Shown: positions 23,901-36,900 of the stretch, in pieces
Layout of the letters: each line of letters starts with the position of its first letter
How positions within the stretch are numbered: position 1 is the stretch's first letter
From: Antedon mediterranea
Taxonomy: Eukaryota > Animalia > Echinodermata
NCBI RefSeq assembly: GCF_964355755.1
Contig: NC_092671.1
Location: 7,626,001-7,690,000, forward strand
Direction of reading: 5' to 3'
DNA: 64,000 nt
Position numbers and translations under genes: made by a program
Notes under the pieces: model-generated
Told to the model about the DNA's origin: nothing
Databases searched by the model: none
The model's input: only the letters and a program-made list of their open reading frames with translations

Positions 23901-26900
23901 GAGACGAATAATGGGTTCTGCGCATGTCAATTGTGCTACAGTAACCAGTTTTGACATAAATGGTTACTATAGCATAATAAACATGCGCAGAGGCGAATAA
24001 TGGGTTCTGCGCATGTCAATTGTGCTATAGTAACCAGTTTTATCGAAAAATAAAAAGGTCGAAAATTTGCCATTTTTTGAAAAATCCCTGTACTATAGTA
24101 CAGGGAAATTTTCGGAATATGGCCGATTTTCGACCATTTTATTTTTTGACATAAAAGGTTACTATTGCATAATAAACATGCGCAGAGACGAATAATCGGT
24201 TCTACGCCTATCAATTGTGCTATAGTAACCAGTTTTGACATAAATGGTTACTATTGCATAATAAACATGCGCAGAGACGAATATTGGGTTCTGCGCATTT
24301 CAATTGTGCTATAGTAACCAGTTTTGACATAAATGGTTACTATAGCATAATAAACATGCGCAGAGTCGCTAATGGGTTCTGCGCATGTTAATTGTGCTAT
24401 AGTAACCAGTTTTGACATAAATGGTTACTATAGCATAATAAACATGCGCAGAGTCCACTAATGGGTTCTGCGCATGTTAATTGTGCTATAGTAACCAGTT
24501 TTATCGAAAAATAAAATGGTCGAAAATTTGCCATTTTTTGGAAAAAATCCCTGTACTATAGTACAGGAAAATTTTCGGAATATGGCCGATTTTAGACCAT
24601 TTTATTTTTTGACATAAAAGGTTATTATTGCATAATAAACATGCGCAGAGACGAATAATGGGTTCTACGCATGTCAATTGTGCTATAGTAACCAGTTTTG
24701 ACATAAATGGTTACTATTGCATAATAAACATGCGCAGAGACGAATAATGGGTTCTGAGCATGTCAATTCTGCTATAGTAACCAGTTTTGACATAAATGGT
24801 TACTATAACATAATAAACATGCGCAGAGTCCACTAATGGGTTCTGCGCATGTTAATTGTGCTACAGTAACCAGTTTTGACATAAATGGTTACTATAGCAT
24901 AATAAACATGCGCAGAGGCGACTAATGGGTTCTACGCATGTTAATTGTGCTATAGTAACCAGTTTTATCGAAAAATAAAAAGGTCGAAAATTTGCCATTT
25001 TTGGAAAAAATCTCTGTACTATAGTACTGGGAAATTTTCGAAAAATGGCCGATTTTCGACCCTTTTATTTTTTGACATAAATGGTTACTATTGCATAATA
25101 AACATGCGCAGAGACAAATAATGGGTTCTGCGCATGTCAATTGTGCTATAGTAACCAGTTTTTGACATAAATGGTTACTATTGCATAATAAACATGCGCA
25201 GAGACAAATAATGGGTTCTGCGCATGTCAATTGTGCTATAGTAACCAGTTTTGACATAAATGGTTACTATAGCATAATACACATGCACAGAGACGAATAA
25301 TGGGTTCTGCGCATGTCAATTGTGCTATAGTAACCAGTTTTGACATAAATGGTTACTATAGCATAATAAACATGCGCAGAGTCCACTAATGGGTTCTGCG
25401 CATGTTAATTGTGCTATAGTAACCAGTTTTATCGAAAAATAAAAGGGTCGAAAATTTGCCATTTTTTGGAAAAAATCCATGTACAGGGAAATTTTCGAAA
25501 AATGGCCGATTTTCGACCCTTTTATTTTTTGACATAAATGGTTACTATTGCATAATAAACATGCGCAGAGACAAATAATGGGTTCTGCGCATGTCAATTG
25601 TGCTATAGTAACCAGTTTTGACATAAATGGTTACTATAGCATAATACACATGCACAGAGACGAATAATGGGTTCTGCGCATGTCAATTGTGCTATAGTAA
25701 CCAGTTTTGACATAAATGGTTACTATAGCATAATAAACATGCGCAGAGTCCACTAATGGGTTCTGCGCATGTTAATTGTGCTATAGTAACCAGTTTTATC
25801 GAAAAATAAAATGGTCGAAAATTTGCCATTTTTTGGAAAAAATCCCTGTACTATAGTACAGGAAAATTTTCGAAAAATGGCCGATTTTCAACCCTTTTAT
25901 TTTTTGACATAAATGGTTACTATTGCATAATAAACATTCGCAGAGACGAATAATGGGTTCTGCGCATGTCAATTGTGCTATAGTAACCAGTTTTGACATA
26001 AATGGTTACTATAGCATAATAAACATGCGCAGAGTCCACTAATGGGTTCTGCGCATGATAATTGTGCTATAGTAACCAGTTTTATCGAAAAATAAAATGG
26101 TCGAAAATTTGCCATTTTTTGGAAAAAATCCCTGTACTATAGTACAGGAAAATTTTCGAAAAATGGCCGATTTTCAACCCTTTTATTTTTTGACATAAAT
26201 GGTTACTATTGCATAATAAACATGCGCAGAGACGAATAATGGGTTCTGCGCATGTCAATTGTGCTACAGTAACCAGTTTTGACATAAATGGTTACTATAG
26301 CATAATAAACATGCGCAGAGGCGAATAATGGGTTCTGCGCATGTCAATTGTGCTATAGTAACCAGTTTTATCGAAAAATAAAAAGGTCGAAAATTTGCCA
26401 TTTTTTGAAAAATCCCTGTACTATAGTACAGGGAAATTTTCGGAATATGGCCGATTTTCGACCATTTTATTTTTTGACATAAAAGGTTACTATTGCATAA
26501 TAAACATGCGCAGAGACGAATAATCGGTTCTACGCCTATCAATTGTGCTATAGTAACCAGTTTTGACATAAATGGTTACTATTGCATAATAAACATGCGC
26601 AGAGACGAATATTGGGTTCTGCGCATTTCAATTGTGCTATAGTAACCAGTTTTGACATAAATGGTTATTATAGCATAATAAACATGCGCAGAGTCGCTAA
26701 TGGGTTCTGCGCATGTTAATTGTGCTATAGTAACCAGTTTTGACATAAATGGTTACTATAGCATAATAAACATGCGCAGAGTCCACTAATGGGTTCTGCG
26801 CATGTTAATTGTGCTATAGTAACCAGTTTTATCGAAAAATAAAATGGTCGAAAATTTGCCATTTTTTGGAAAAAATCCCTGTACTATAGTACAGGAAAAT

Positions 26901-28931
26901 TTTCGGAATATGGCCGATTTTAGACCATTTTATTTTTTGACATAAAAGGTTACTATTGCATAATAAACATGCGCAGAGACGAATAATGGGTTCTACGCAT
27001 GTCAATTGTGCTATAGTAACCAGTTTTGACATAAATGGTTACTATTGCATAATAAACATGTGCAGAGACGAATAATGGGTTCTACGCATGTCAATTGTGC
27101 TATAGTAACCAGTTTTGACATAAATGGTTACTATTGCATAATAAACATGCGCAGAGACGAATAATGGGTTCTGAGCATGTCAATTCTGCTATAGTAACCA
27201 GTTTTGACATAAATGGTTACTATAACATAATAAACATGCGCAGAGTCCACTAATGGGTTCTGCGCATGTTAATTGTGCTACAGTAACCAGTTTTGACATA
27301 AATGCTTACTATAGCATAATAAACATGCGCAGAGGCGACTAATGGGTTCTGCGCATGTTAATTGTGCTATAGTAACCAGTTTTATCGAAAAATAAAAAGG
27401 TCGAAAATTTGCCATTTTTGGAAAAAATCCCTGTACTATAGTACTGGGAAATTTTCGAAAAATGGCCGATTTTCGACCCTTTTATTTTTTGACATAAATG
27501 GTTACTATTGATTAATAAACATGCGCAGAGACAAATAATGGGTTCTGCGCATGTCAATTGTGCTATAGTAACCAGTTTTTGACATAAATGGTTACTATTG
27601 CATAATAAACATGCGCAGAGACAAATAATGGGTTCTGCGCATGTCAATTGTGCTATAGTAACCAGTTTTGACATAAATGGTTACTATAGCATAATACACA
27701 TGCACAGAGACGAATAATGGGTTCTGCGCATGTCAATTGTGCTATAGTAACCAGTTTTGACATAAATGGTTACTATAGCATAATAAACATGCGCAGAGTC
27801 CACTAATGGGTTCTGCGCATGTTAATTGTGCTATAGTAACCAGTTTTATCGAAAAATAAAATGGTCGAAAATTTGCCATTTTTTGGAAAAAATCCCTGTA
27901 CTATAGTACAGGAAAATTTTCGGAATATGGCCGATTTTCGACCATTTTATTTTTTGACATAAAAGGTTACTATTGCATAATAAACATGCGCAGAGACGAA
28001 TAATGGGTTGTGCGCATGTCAATTGTGCTACAGTAACCAGTTTTGACATAAATGGTTACTATAGCATAATAAACATGCGCAGAGACGAATAATGGGTTCT
28101 ACGCATGTCAATTGTGCTATAGTAACCAGTTTTGACATAAATGGTTACTATTGCATAATAAACATGCGCAGAGACGAATAATGGGTTCTGAGCATGTCAA
28201 TTCTGCTATAGTAACCAGTTTTGACATAAATGGTTACTATAGCATAATAAACATGCGCAGAGTCGCTAATGGGTTCTGCGCATGTTAATTGTGCTATAGT
28301 AACCAGTTTTATCGAAAAATAAAGAGGTTGGAAATTGGCCATTTTTTGGAAAAAATCCCTGTACAGGGAAATTTTCGAAATTGTGCTACAGTAACCAGTT
28401 TTGACATAAATGGTTACTATAGCATAATAAACATGCACAGAGACAAATAATGGGTTCTGCACATGTCAATTGTGCTATTGTAACCAGTTTTGACATAAAT
28501 GGTTACTATAGCATAATAAACATGCGCAGAGTCCACTAATGGGTTCTGCGCATGTTAATTGTGCTATAGTAACCAGTTTTATCGAAAAATAAAATGGTCG
28601 AAAATTTGCCATTTTTTGGAAAAAATCCCTGTACTATAGTACAGGAAAATTTTCGAAAAATGGCCGATTTTCAACCCTTTTATTTTTTGACATAAATGGT
28701 TACTATTGCATAATAAACATGCGCAGAGACGAATAATGGGTTCTGCGCATGTCAATTGTGCTACAGTAACCAGTTTTGACATAAATGGTTCCTATAGCAT
28801 AATAAACATGCGCAGAGGCGAATAATGGGTTCTGCGCATGTCAATTGTGCTATAGTAACCAGTTTTATCGAAAAATAAAAAGGTCGAAAATTGGCCATTT
28901 TTTTGAAAAAATCCCTGTACAGGGAATTTTC
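20999..28931. repeat. 7.9-kb composite satellite of two palindromic monomers (A 89 bp, roughly 60-65 copies; B ~108 bp, about 21 copies)
   Basis: GACATAAATGG recurs at 89-bp spacing (e.g. 21438, 21527). B = AAAAATAAAAAGGTCGAAAAT..CCCTGTACTATAGTACAGGG..ATTTTCGACCCTTTTATTTTTT follows runs of one to several A units. B count is by eye; A count is estimated from length. Confidence 0.97.
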
Positions 28932-30322
28932 ATAATTCAATTATGCGCTCATTTCGTTATATTTACACTAAATATATTTCCTTATAATTATGTTATGTCA
29001 AAATATAATGGGGGAAAAATGGGCCCTTTATTTACATATTTACTGAGACTGAAACATCCAAAATAGGCAGAGCTGATTAATAAATATGATTCTATTATCA
29101 AACACTATAAAGAAATCAATAAATATTCACTATATAATTACATACATTCTTTATAGAAAGAAGGTTAATCATATCCCTGATTATTATTTAAAAAAAAAGT
29201 TATACTGTACATGATAACAAGGTAATCCAAGAAAGATAAGCCTTTTTACAGGCCTTTTTATGATTTGAGGGAAAATAATCTTAGTTAATTATGTAGTGCC
29301 TAGCATAAGCAAGATGATGAGCTACATAAGGTGGAGTAGAATAAAAACATTAAATAAATGAAAACAACTTGGAAAGGAGAGTCTTCAGTTAAGAAAATGT
29401 TAATTTCGATATAAAGAATGATATGCCAACATGATGTTAATATCTCATTTGTGTATGTACAGTATTGGTTTAATTGGAATGATTTTAGAGTAGGGGAAAT
29501 ATAAATTTGGTAATGTCCAATACAACACTGGCATGGAACAATAATATGGCATCAACTCATTTTTCCTAGGATTTTCATAGTCAGACATATATATTATCTA
29601 TTATAACACACCTGCTTGTAATCTTGTCTTTCGATTGGTTAATTACACATCATGTGTCATGTGTGCATTGATTGAACGTTTTAGATTCTTTTAGTTTTCA
29701 AAAGTTAGGGTGTTGACACACTTTTTTAATGGCCTCGCTTCCCGGCCTAGCCTTTGAAAATGATTCAAAATGGATTAATTGAATATTTTAGGACATTGGG
29801 TGTGTTATAAAACAAATAATGAATGTTCACTATTTGTTTGAATGGTGAGCTCTATTTAAAAATATGAAATATTCTCACCATCCAACTCATAACCATTCAT
29901 TATTTGTATATTTTTACAGTAGTGGTAGACAGTGTATTTAATTTATAAAATCTCTCGACTGTTGAACTTAACAAAAATATTATAAAATAGAGAGAGAACA
30001 TTTTGTTACGCCCCAGCACCAACAGGATTTCAATATTAATCACAGAAAGACATATTTTCAAATATATTTATCATTCATTATTCACTGACATACCATTAAT
30101 TTATCTGGTCAATATTATTATACATATATATTATTTAAATAAAAACATTTTTCTGATAATATCAATAAGATGAATAGAATAATTTTGAACAAGAGTGTAA
30201 ATCATTCTGAACTAATCATTATTAGCTGGCCCACTGACTTTGCTGTTATAATGTTATATACAATGGAATTTATTGGTCAAGATATTAGGCAATTAATGAG
30301 ACAGTAATGTTATCTTATATAA

Positions 30323-30501
30323 AGCTTGGTTCCCACTAGAATGTAACGCAAGGACGTAAATGCAACGCAAGCGTTTTAACCAATGACAAGCGAAGTTATA
30401 GACAGTTAGCAATCACAAGCGAATAAGCCATCGCTTGTGATTGGTCAATTCACTTGCGTTGCGTTACGTCCTTGTGTTGCGTCGCTAGTGGGAACCACGC
30501 T
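30323..30501. mobile_element. PIF/Harbinger-type MITE, family 1
   Basis: TIR AGCTTGGTTCCCACTAG / CTAGTGGGAACCACGCT with TAA TSD. Confidence 0.85.
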
Positions 30502-30908
30502 TAACAATCAATGAATCATATGATTGTTGTCTTTTCTATTCTGCTAGCTCCTTCACAACATATACTAATGTTACACAGCAAATATACTAAATATAAATTT
30601 AACACAACACACAGTTGCTACAGTCAGTCCTTAATTTTCATTCCATTTTTAGAATCATTTGTTTCAACAATTTTTTTAAGAACATTAAAAAATATAATAC
30701 TTATAATTATTATTATTATGTACATAAATGTTGTCATGACGGTAAGCAAGTTTTAATCAGGCAAAATGTAATTAATGTTTTACAATTTATACTTGTCTTG
30801 TAAAATTACAATCATTTCCAAGAATTACACATCAGTTTTTACTGCGTACCTTACTTTGATTTTTACTGGTTACCTTATTTGGTTTTAACTGGTTATTTTT
30901 TATGTAAG

Positions 30909-33900
30909 TCACGCCATGATATCTAAGCGCTTGCCTTTCCTTTTACATTGTGGGGCTGGATTAATTTCATGAATGTTTTTGGTACAGATAGTTGCTTGGA
31001 TACTACTGCCATTAAAATCCAGATTAAACCTTGAAAAAAAAAATATGATACAATAAATATTAAATTATAAAATTACTAATATTTTTCTGACAGCTATTTA
31101 TATAGATTCATTATAATATATACTTAGTCTATCACCCATTATTATAAACTTTGCGCTGAATCCTAGCTGTCCTAACTATAGGACTATGTTTCCATACATG
31201 TATGATCCAAAAAATGACCAGGGTAATAATGTGCAGTGCATTGAGAGCTTCTTATATGCGATATAATGAATAACTATTATTATTATTTATTATTAAAAAG
31301 TTCAAATTTATCTTTATTTAAATATATACTTAAAACCAATGTTCTTTAAGTGATCTTTATCAATACAATGCTTTCTTACATTGGTATCAAATGTTTTGTG
31401 GCAGCAAAGTATATTAAATCATTGTGTTGATTATCAGAAGGTGTGATAACATACATTGGTAACCTTACTAACACTAAATAAAAATTCTTAATAAATTAAA
31501 ATGGCTTTCCTAAAATAATCCACCTACCCTTTCTTATCAAATACTTTATATAATAAAACAAGGCTTTAAATGAACTTACCTATCTGCTATTTGAACGACA
31601 TTTTGTTTACTGGTCTCCATTTGTAAAGCTCGACTAAATCGTGTCAGAATTTCTATAACCTTCAAGGATATGAATACAAAGTCACCCTTCTTTGTAAATT
31701 CTCCACCCTGAAAAGTAAATGTTTTTGTTTTTAATATTAATTAATAAAAGATATTTGGTAAAATAATAGTCAATTTGTTATTACAACTCCAATATTCCTG
31801 AACAACAAATTGTCAGCGATACCTAACTACACAAAATGATTTATTTGAAGAAAACTATTGCTATTTATAGTTTTGCCGATATATTTGCACTTTATTGCTT
31901 CAGTCTGTATGCTAAACTATGTCTTTTCAACATTTAATTATAATAAATGTATTTGATTTGTTCAAATAAAATATAGCTTACTTTAGTAACATGTACAACA
32001 AATACGCCATCGCTGTATGGACTGCACGTGATCCTTGTAATCTCATTTAGTGGAATACGATATTTGATTGCTAGCGTCTTTTGATCCATTATGAGGAATG
32101 ACTTGGAACTTAGAACTAGTAACGTGTGTGTCGTCTAAACAATAAATTTGTATACAAGTTAATAAACGATTTAACAAATGAAATATTTCAACAATGCATT
32201 TTTCTAAAAAAACCTATATATATCCCGTTCACATTAAACATCATGAATAAAGCTTGGTTCCCACTAGAACTTAACGCAACCAATTACAAGCGAAGTTATT
32301 GACAGTTAGCAATCACAAGCGAATAAACCATCGCTTGTGATTGGTCAATTCACTTGCGTTGCGTTACGTCCTTGTGTTGCGTCGCTAGTGGGAACCACGC
32401 TTAAACTCTGGAGAAACAGCGTGTCTCTAGAGAACTAGTACTACATTGACTAGAACGCTGCAGAGATCCTATTCACATCAATCCTGAACCACTGCAATTT
32501 AACAATAACAAAATAGCTTAACTACTGCCCTATATGTCACTATGAATGATAAACATAATATAATAAAAGAATTTTTGGTTGAAGGTGGCTTCTGACCATA
32601 AAAACACCAGTGTCGGTACATTGCACATTGTATCTCTGGTTCAGAAGAGGGTAGCCTTCTGACCATAAACACACCAGTGTCCGTATATTGCACATTGTAT
32701 CTCCGGTGTGTCTTTGGTACGTTCCAGAATTTTCAGGTGTTCAGCACTGGTGAATTTAATTTTTGAATTTACACCTAAACAGAACAGTAGTGTTGACGTC
32801 CTGTGTTTGGGTTTTGGATAATAGTGTGCCTATTACCTTGCCATTGTTTCTGTTAACCTTATCAACGACATCAGCAAAGTGAATCTTTTGATCTTCAGTT
32901 TGCACGGCTATTTTGCTATATTTGGTGTTGTTTCGTAACCGCACATAGTCGCCACGGAATTGCACAGATATTCTACAAGAGTTAGAAAATAAAATATAAT
33001 GGATAGGTGTCTATCTATTAATTTGATAGGAATTGGCTGTGATTTCTGTATGTAAATAAAGTTAAACCAAAGAGTCGCAATAAATTCACTAATCCAAATA
33101 TCTAATGTCTCATTATATTATCAATCCATCATCAATTTCAATCGTCACTCCTTTCAATTCACTTTTTATGTTTTATAATAAATTCAAAATAACTTACGAG
33201 GCTGGATAACTTGATTTCTTCTCTTTAAATAGGTCACTTGCAGTGACCTTTGTCCCAAGAATTTCTCTTTTTTGCTCATCAACTTGGCTTCTGTATACGG
33301 TTGCCTATATAGCAACAAAAGATTGAAATATACAGTACAGTATTACTTTACATTATATTCATTAAAAGTGGGTAATTGTATGTATGTTCTATCAACCATA
33401 TGTCCTAGCACTACATAATAATATTTATAAACAGTCATTGCATAAATGTTTATTTGAACCTACACAAAAACTGTAACTTAATTATGTTAAATCTATTAAG
33501 TCATTGGCTGAAATACAATAAGCACAAGAATTCATACCCTCCATCGTCTGAATACATCTTTCAGCTTTAAATGCGCTGACTTGTGAATAGGTGAACATGG
33601 TGGCCAGTTCTTGTCTGTTGGCGACATGGACGGTAACTGGGTTTTTAATTTCAACAAATACTTTGAAATCTATTTATAAAAAATGTACATATAAATCATT
33701 AATATTGTAAACATTTTCTGATCTAAAGGAAGAGGCACTAAATAGAGAAGTATATAAGACTGGAAAAAGACAATTGGCATTGGTGTACTGGAAAGACAAG
33801 GTTTATCTTTATACATACCACATATCGCCGCATAAAGGCAACAATCTTTGGAGCTGCATTGGCACTGAATAACTTTCTGTATTCTCTTCGTACCTATGTT

Positions 33901-36900
33901 GAATTAAAACATGAAAAATAATCTACAAATAATGAACGATTAGGAGATTTAATGGTGAGAATTTGTTCATGAATTAAAAGATTGAGTGGTCTATTCGAGA
34001 AGTTTGTGCTCGAAATTTGCAGCAGTGCAGCGCACACATTACAGAAGTAAATAAATACTTAATTTTGTGTGCAAAAATGTTACCATTCTGACATAAAAAT
34101 GTACTCACTCGCCAACCAATGAAAAACTTCTTGATAATGCCAACAGCCCAGATACACTTTGCCTCGTAACGCAAACGTTTGTACTCTTTCCGTGCAAGGT
34201 ATCCACGCCATAGAGACGTTATCAAGATACATGACATTCGCATTTTGAGGTACTTTGATTTGGCTTTGTAGCCTTTGTAGTGTGCTGCGATTTGCGTCAC
34301 ACTCGCTCGCATCTTTTGGTATTTCTTACAATCTCGATGTCCTTTGTAAATCTTCTGTATTAGTGTGGCGAGGTAGTGCATGCGATGGTGGCGTCGTTTT
34401 TCTAAGTCAAAGAGCTGTAAGACAGACAGATTATTAATTGTTATAATAAATTGTATTCCACATGTTTGAAATGTATATTATTATTCGCTTACTGTACTTA
34501 CTATATACCATATTAAATCATTATAGTAATGACAACATGTTTATTTAAAATTGTAGAAAAAAGGCAATAAATAAACAACTTACTGTTCTTGGATTCCTAA
34601 TGAAAATTTTAGTTCTTCCAAAGGCATACTCCTCCTTCTTGTATCCAAGATGTTTGAAGAGTTGGACCATTCCTTCTCTGGCCGGGCCATTCCAATTCGG
34701 CCAAGTCTTTGGACAAAGCATCTTGTATCGTGAGAGACACAGCTCATACGATTGTCTGAATGCATAGCCTGCCCTCCTTACTCGTACATTCTCCATTAAA
34801 CTATAAGTAGAAAGATATTGTCCAATGGTTACTAGGTTGCGAGACCTTCTTTAATTTGGAGAGATGTTTGTGTTTGGTTGTTAATAAACTTAACCACTTA
34901 AAGCGCACATCTATTTTACTTTCCTCTGTACATAGTTGCATATGGCTTTTGATTTAATATTATAATTATTTTTATAGATTACAATAGTGTACATTAAAAA
35001 TATAATTACCCTAAATATCGGACTTGGTGTCTTACTAGTGCCTCATTAAAATCATTTGGTGCTTTGTCATCATTTGGCTGTTGAAAAAAAATAAATTTAT
35101 TAATTGCAATGTAATATTTAAAAAAAGAACAAATATTTACAAACCAATCAGCTTTATACTTTCAGCAACAAACACATATTGAAACGGGGTAGTTATGAAA
35201 GCTATCACAACTGGTTGGGTATGTATTTACATGTTACTTAAGTTCCTTGGTAGATCTATCAGTTGATACTTATGGATTACGAGTCCAAATGTAATGATGT
35301 TGAATTGCTTGTATACATAAGGACCAAACATAATAGTACACCTATGATCAATATTTTGCAATATTCTAGGGCCTCTTTATTTTTTAGCCATTATATTTAA
35401 TTAAATTGTTTTTAAAATATGTTAATAATATAAGATAAAAATAACATCAATATGATTTTCTGTATTTTTCTGTATCTGGTATATAAATAAGACCCCATTT
35501 ACACTTCAGCTTTTAGCGAGCCCGAAGCCGGCTCGAGGCCGGCTCTGAGCCAAAAGTGCACAAGTGTAAACACTCTGGGAACAACCGAGCCGGCCTCGAG
35601 CCGGCTCAAGTTTGAGCCTAGTCTAGAGTAGGCTTCGGGCTGGCAATTGCGGGCTTCGGGCCGGCACTTCGTATAGTGTAAACACTCTCGGTAATAAAAT
35701 GAACGTTCTAGGTCAACTATAGCTTTAAGTTTACGAAAATTATTGCTGATGAATCGGAAATTCTTCATTGAAATTAAATTGGTGAAGATAGTATACGCCT
35801 TTTTCACGAAACGAAGACATCTTCGATCTATGACAAACAATGCCGTGCAACGAAGCGTAACCAACAGAAATAACATAGCGTTTTCATGGGATTTCAGGAC
35901 ACCATGCGGCGTCTATGCTTATAAACTGTGGTGTTTTTTTCGATGGACTTAAGAAGTGAAAAAAACAATTTTAATTTTTTTTTAATCACACAGTTATATA
36001 GGCTAATCTTTAAAGAACATTTTACAGTACAAATTTTGTCCATACGACTGTCCGTTGAGGAGTTACGAATTTTTAAGTAACTTGTCCTCCGAAAATAGGC
36101 TGAAAACGCTATGTTATTTCTGTTAGTTGCGCTTCGTTGAACGGCATTGTTTGTGTTTTCATCGATCGAAGATGTCTTCCGTTTCGTAAAAAAGGCGTAT
36201 TATCTACTACTATTCTTTAGAAAACGAGACGCAAACATTAAGTAGTAAAGCAATAATACAATTGTTTTGATCCATATTAAATACCGTTATTTGATTCTTT
36301 TTTGATAAAGTTGATAGGCCTAGGCCTAGTGTAGATCGACAACTTTTTAACTTTTTAAGACGCACATAAGCGGATATGACGTGAATGTAGCGAAATCGTA
36401 TCATCGAGCACTCTTCCGCGAGAGCAAGTGTAAACACAATAGTAGGGGCCCGAGGCCGGCTTTTTGGGTAAGTGTAAACACATTGCAGGCTAAAAAGAAA
36501 GCCGGCGTCGGGCCGACTTCGGGCCGGCTAAGAAATCGTCGATGAAGTGTAAATGGGGTCTAATTGTATTTGTGTGTACGAGAGGTTCAAACAGATGAAG
36601 AGCAATGACCATCCGTCATATAGAAGGTGTCCACACAGTGAGGTTCAATACTGTATATATTGAGTTCACTGGGTATTAATTCAAATCCACTACTCACCTT
36701 GATACATCGGATGTAATTAGGATCCTTACATACTAGATTCTTCATTAACTGTGCTATAGAAGACTGAATACAAATATAAATAAATGATAAATAATAAAAC
36801 TATGATAACTAAAATCTGCAATATGTATAAAATCAATTCAATATAACATTTATTCAATAATGGTAAGACAAATAATAAAAGAATAATAAACAATAAGAAA

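Noticed and set aside
20999-28931. CRISPR-like array (palindromic repeats with variable middles)
   Set aside because: The variable parts are point variants of one sequence, not unique spacers; there are no cas genes and the context is eukaryotic.
20964-29066. Many Cys-rich ORFs (MSKLVTIAQLTCAEP...) in the ORF track
   Set aside because: They are translations of the satellite; the 89-bp monomer is not a multiple of 3 and frames break in every unit.
35499-35876. 125-aa ORF in a myosin intron
   Set aside because: It lies across two nested MITEs and has no recognisable motif.
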